Source of the DNA: Parvibaculum sp.
Lineage (GTDB): Bacteria > Pseudomonadota > Alphaproteobacteria > Parvibaculales > Parvibaculaceae
Assembly: GCA_019635975.1 (NCBI GenBank)
Contig: JAHBYM010000004.1
Span: forward strand, 2,030 to 66,029
DNA: 64,000 nt
Direction: 5' to 3'
A program made the position numbers and the translations under genes. This document shows positions 60,798 to 64,000 of the stretch, in pieces. Position 1 is the first letter of the stretch, and the number at the start of each line of letters is the position of its first letter. The notes below the pieces were generated by a model. The model was not told the DNA's origin, did not search any database, and was given only the letters and a program-made list of their open reading frames with translations.

Positions 60798-61447
60798 CCC
60801 GCCTTCCTGGCTCGAGGAATGCGGCGATCCGTGATAATGACCGAGCCTTCGCAAAGATCGGCGGGAGCGCGTGGGCGACCGCGCAGCGGGTTTGCCTCCG
60901 CGTAGATTATGGCAAGCCTGACTTTTTCGGTATCCAGGCTGGGCCAGGTCGCGAGGATGCGCTCCGTCGAATGGCCGGCGGCTACGGATGCCGCGACATC
61001 ATAGACCGGAACACGGGTGCCCCGAATGACGGGTGTGCCGCCGAGAATGTCGGGTGAGGTCGTGACCATCTCCCGCGCGGCGGCGAGATCGTCCAGCCGC
61101 TCGCTCGCGCCCTTCATGAAGGGCAGCAGGTCGATGGTCAGGAAATCGTCGCGGACGGTCCAGTCCTCACGCAACAGCGCAGCCCAAGGCAGGGCGCGGG
61201 ACCGCGCAAGCCGAGGCTCTGCGGTCCTGATGGCCGACAGGCGCTCTTCCGAGGTCAGGCGCCGGGCGCTCGCGAAATAGAAGGTGATGAGCGAACAGGC
61301 GCCGGCCAGGACGTAACGGCCATTGTCGAACGAGACGAAGGCGTCCGGCAGGATGCGTTCGTCGAGAGCACGATTGACGTCGCGCAGGCTCACGCGCGAG
61401 ACAACGGCGACCTCGCTGACCTTCAGCATTTCCGCGACTGCGGGCAT
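60794..61447 (-). CDS. DUF433-domain antitoxin
   Basis: PDILGGTPVIRGTRVPV..WPSL; dyad ATTCCGA-CACA-TCGGAAT at 61467-61484 upstream. Confidence 0.85.
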   Translation of the reverse strand: MPAVAEMLKVSEVAVVSRVSLRDVNRALDERILPDAFVSFDNGRYVLAGACSLITFYFASARRLTSEERLSAIRTAEPRLARSRALPWAALLREDWTVRDDFLTIDLLPFMKGASERLDDLAAAREMVTTSPDILGGTPVIRGTRVPVYDVAASVAAGHSTERILATWPSLDTEKVRLAIIYAEANPLRGRPRAPADLCEGSVIITDRRIPRARKAG

Positions 61448-62342
61448 GGGAGCCTCCTGATTAAATATTCCGACACATCGGAATGTATATCAGAGAGTCC
61501 GAAATTTCAATCCCTAATCCGGGCATTGTGAGACGAGATGACGAGTTGGCCCGACATCACGTCGGCGAGCATGCGGGCGAACGCCGCCGGTCTCCCCCGG
61601 CAGGGGTATCGCCGCCTTAACCGGGACAGGTATATACGTAGGAGCAAGACGATCCTGATTATCAAAAAAACATGTAATATATTATGTAGTTGTCGTTTTG
61701 TGGCGGGGGTCGCAAATACTACGCTGCGGCACGAAACAATCCGCTACAGCTCTCTTGGGCAAGCTGGTCGAGCACTGGCCGGCAGGTTAAGAGGAGCCAC
61801 AAGTTGAGACGGTTGCCTCCACCGTAACCAGATCACACAACAAAAACCCCGCAAAACCAATCGGTTATCGGGGTTTTGTTTTGCATGCACTGTCCCACTT
61901 CAACAAAATCAACCGCCTTGCAAGCGGAGGTTCAAATCGGATTTCTGAAATCCCGCAACCAGTTGTGAAACGTAGCGGTGTGCAGATAAGCACCCTGCAG
62001 AGGGCAGAAAGGGGACGCTGGCGTTAGAAGGCTACGACAATTCGGGGACCAAAGGGGCTGGGGAACCGGCCTCACAGCCTTTCAACATTTATCATAGGGG
62101 CTGGACCCAGGAGGACCCCTTTCCGCTCATGGCATCATCGCGGTGATATGCATTTGGAGTCCCAGCGCCGAAAGCACGATTGCGATGCCGTACCAGCATA
62201 GGAGTGCCGTGTTCAACGAAACGATCCGGCCCTCCGCTCGCTTGTGCACAAGTGACCTGAGCCCCAACCTTCATCCAATTGAAAGCAGAGTCCTTTGAAC
62301 ATTTGAACTTGCCCCCAACCTTGGACCGGCTGGGCTGGTAAA

Positions 62343-62450
62343 TTCCCGAACTTCTATTTCCGCGCCACCACGGCCTACGACATCCTGCGCGCGAAGGGTG
62401 CCCCGTTCGGCAAGATCGACTTCATCGGCCAGTTGCGCCTCAAAATGTGA
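62343..62450 (+). pseudogene. C-terminal fragment of DUF1993 protein
   Basis: FPNFYFRATTAYDILRAKGAPFGKIDFIG; truncated just inside an IS3-like end at 62304-62328. Confidence 0.65.
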
Positions 62451-62523
62451 CAGTCAGGCGATGCAGTCCAACCCGCCAATCTCCCGCCGCCCTGCGAAGA
62501 TGGCTGCGCCTGCGGCGTTCCGT

Positions 62524-62964
62524 CTATGCCTGCGCCTTCCTCCCGATCCGGTCGAGAGCGCAACATGACGCGCCGTTGACGAAGAAATTGACCAGCGCGC
62601 CGAGTATCGCGATGTTCTTGAACAGCGGCCCGGCATGGCCCGGCGCGATGTGAATGGCCAGCGTGATCGGCACCAGCGTGACGAAGATCGCCAGTGCCGC
62701 CAGCCGCACCGACCAGCCGACGATCAGCGCGAGGCTTGCGACAATGAAAACGGCGCCGCTCAGATGCAGCAGGATCAGCGGATCGCTGATTGTCTGGACC
62801 TGCGCCGCCCAGGGCGACTCCTGAATGCGCGCCAGCATTTCAGTGCTATGAGTGAAATGCCCGATGCCGCCGACCAGAAAGATCAGCGAAGTGGCGAGGC
62901 GGAATACGAGTTCCGCCGCGCCGCGCCAGCCGGCAAGTCTGCTTTCAAGAAAACGATCGAACAT
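62524..62964 (-). CDS. DoxX family membrane protein
   Basis: R...SLIFLVGGIGHF, four hydrophobic segments, FKNIAILGAL. Confidence 0.8.
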   Translation of the reverse strand: MFDRFLESRLAGWRGAAELVFRLATSLIFLVGGIGHFTHSTEMLARIQESPWAAQVQTISDPLILLHLSGAVFIVASLALIVGWSVRLAALAIFVTLVPITLAIHIAPGHAGPLFKNIAILGALVNFFVNGASCCALDRIGRKAQA

Positions 62965-63149
62965 GGCTCCCCCCGGTTCCGTTTTGCCTCGACGCGGACA
63001 GTGTAGCTTGCCGGATGCGCGGGCGACAGCCCGGCCGCTCACCCCCCGCCCGATCACCTTCACCGCCTTGAGCCGGCATATGTCGCCATGGTGTGAGCTC
63101 CAGGAGATGGTCTGTCCCTCGCGCATGCCGAGGAAGCGGTCTTCGGGCC

Positions 63150-63687
63150 GATGTTAGGCGCCTCCGAGGCCGTTCTGGTTCTTGCCATGATCTGCTTCCT
63201 GATCGGCGTCGTCCGGTCCGCCCGGCATGTACGGCGTATGCTGACCTGCCAGACCGATCGAACATGGTCGACCAGCCGCCGCTTCCGGGCAGGCCTCAGA
63301 GTTTTCGGCGGATGGGAGGCCGTCAAGAAATCGATCCGGTGGATCGATTTCAGGCCGGACGGTCCTGCAGCATCTCCTTGTCCAGAGAGAGGTCCGCCAC
63401 CAGCTTCTTCAGCCGCTGGTTCTCCTCTTCAAGCTGCTTCAGTCGCTTCATCTCGGACGGCATCAACCCGGCGTACTTCTTGCGCCAGTTGTAGTAGGTC
63501 GCCTCGGAAATCCCCGCCTTTCGGCAGACCTCCCCGACCGTCGTCCCTTCCTCCACCTGGCGCAAAATGAAGGCTATCTGCTGCTCGCTGAACTTCGTTT
63601 TTTTCATGGAAAATCCTCCGCCCGGCCAGGGACGGTAAATTAGAATTTTCCAGCTTCAAACGGTCCAGTTTCCGGGGGGGCAGGTCA
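63150..63687 (-). mobile_element. Degenerate IS3-family (IS407-like) element: left IR, OrfA, decayed OrfB
   Basis: IR TGACCTGCCCCCCCGGAAACTGGACCG at 63687; OrfB-like LVDHVRSVWQVSIRRTC then decays. Confidence 0.8.
63350..63607 (-). CDS. IS3-family transposase OrfA
   Basis: MKKTKFSEQQIAFILRQ..CRKAGISEATYYNWRKKY..LEEENQRLKKLVADL. Confidence 0.9.
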   Translation of the reverse strand: MKKTKFSEQQIAFILRQVEEGTTVGEVCRKAGISEATYYNWRKKYAGLMPSEMKRLKQLEEENQRLKKLVADLSLDKEMLQDRPA

Positions 63688-64000
63688 GCTTAATAGCTGC
63701 CGTATGCGCGGCGGGTGCGGTGACAAAAAGAGGCCTGTGCATAAGACTTGCGTCCGGCCCGTTGTGCTGCGGCCGACTGTCCCTCTCATGATTTGACGCT
63801 TGACCTTCCCATGGCGGAAGGTCTCATTATAAAAAGATGAAACGGTTCCGGGCCCATATATCGGCTTTGTACATCCTGAGCGTGGTCTTCATCGCGCTCG
63901 GTCATTGCTGGTCCGCGTCTCCGGCCAACGCCGTCCCGGCAAATGCGGCGTCCGCCTCTCACAGTCATGATGAAGCCGTTGCACACGGGGGGCACGGGCA

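Larger units (their letters stand above)
11860..64000. mobile_element. tRNA-associated mosaic genomic island (right boundary not seen)
   Basis: Abrupt change to lower GC, defence-like, TA, transposon and metal-resistance cargo and many pseudogenes after the tRNA; no core genes resume. Confidence 0.8.

Noticed and set aside
61665-61692. dif-like Xer site (…TAATATATTATGTAG…)
   Set aside because: Only the inner part of a XerD-like arm matches; XerC arm and spacing are poor.
44426-61994. Shared GTGC(A)GATAAGCAC at ~44426 and ~61980
   Set aside because: Short, same orientation, no supporting flanking similarity.
62092-62274. Short ORF and membrane-like fragment
   Set aside because: No recognisable family; probably debris beside the IS end.
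63786-63995. 69-aa ORF at the window end
   Set aside because: No motif, and context is cut off by the window edge.

Overview
High-GC alphaproteobacterial chromosome segment (Parvibaculum-like by overall impression; not verified). Bases 1-11.86 kb are mostly core genome: a BrnT/BrnA toxin-antitoxin pair, dnaG-rpoD, an ArsM-like methyltransferase, DJ-1/PfpI and SIMPL genes, a ferredoxin-reductase/flavin-oxygenase fusion with an epoxide hydrolase (resembling M. tuberculosis Rv1937-ephB), and a tRNA with anticodon CAT (probably Ile2). Directly after the tRNA a mosaic, visibly lower-GC accessory island runs to the end of the window. (i) 12-35 kb holds cargo modules: TetR; an auxiliary TrpRS controlled by an unlisted Trp-Trp leader-peptide attenuator; a toxin-like/HTH/VOC operon; DUF4238; DUF5677-like + DUF2971; SbcD/SbcC-like (YhaO/YhaN); TerB-N + DUF2791 ATPase + Lhr helicase; and DUF6527 + JAB-E1. 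Nearly every module boundary carries a copy of the same ~30-bp imperfect palindrome (core GCGCCARRAGC), giving a cassette-array appearance; this is my best candidate for an undescribed system. (ii) A broken Tn7-like core (TnsA, plus TnsB fused in frame to a JAB-ThiF ubiquitin-like enzyme) lies between two independently inserted, apparently identical IS1595 copies. (iii) Several TA systems, an AraC-desaturase-methyltransferase unit and a 594-aa transposase-like protein follow. (iv) A ~14.6-kb heavy-metal resistance block (Usp, P1B-4 ATPase, CzcCBA, CadR, ZntA, flavoprotein) is bracketed by two related 45-47-bp palindromes. (v) The end holds a LexA-box-preceded DUF6634 gene, a DUF433/DUF5615 TA pair and IS3 debris. 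All family calls come from motif recognition by eye; no database searches were run.
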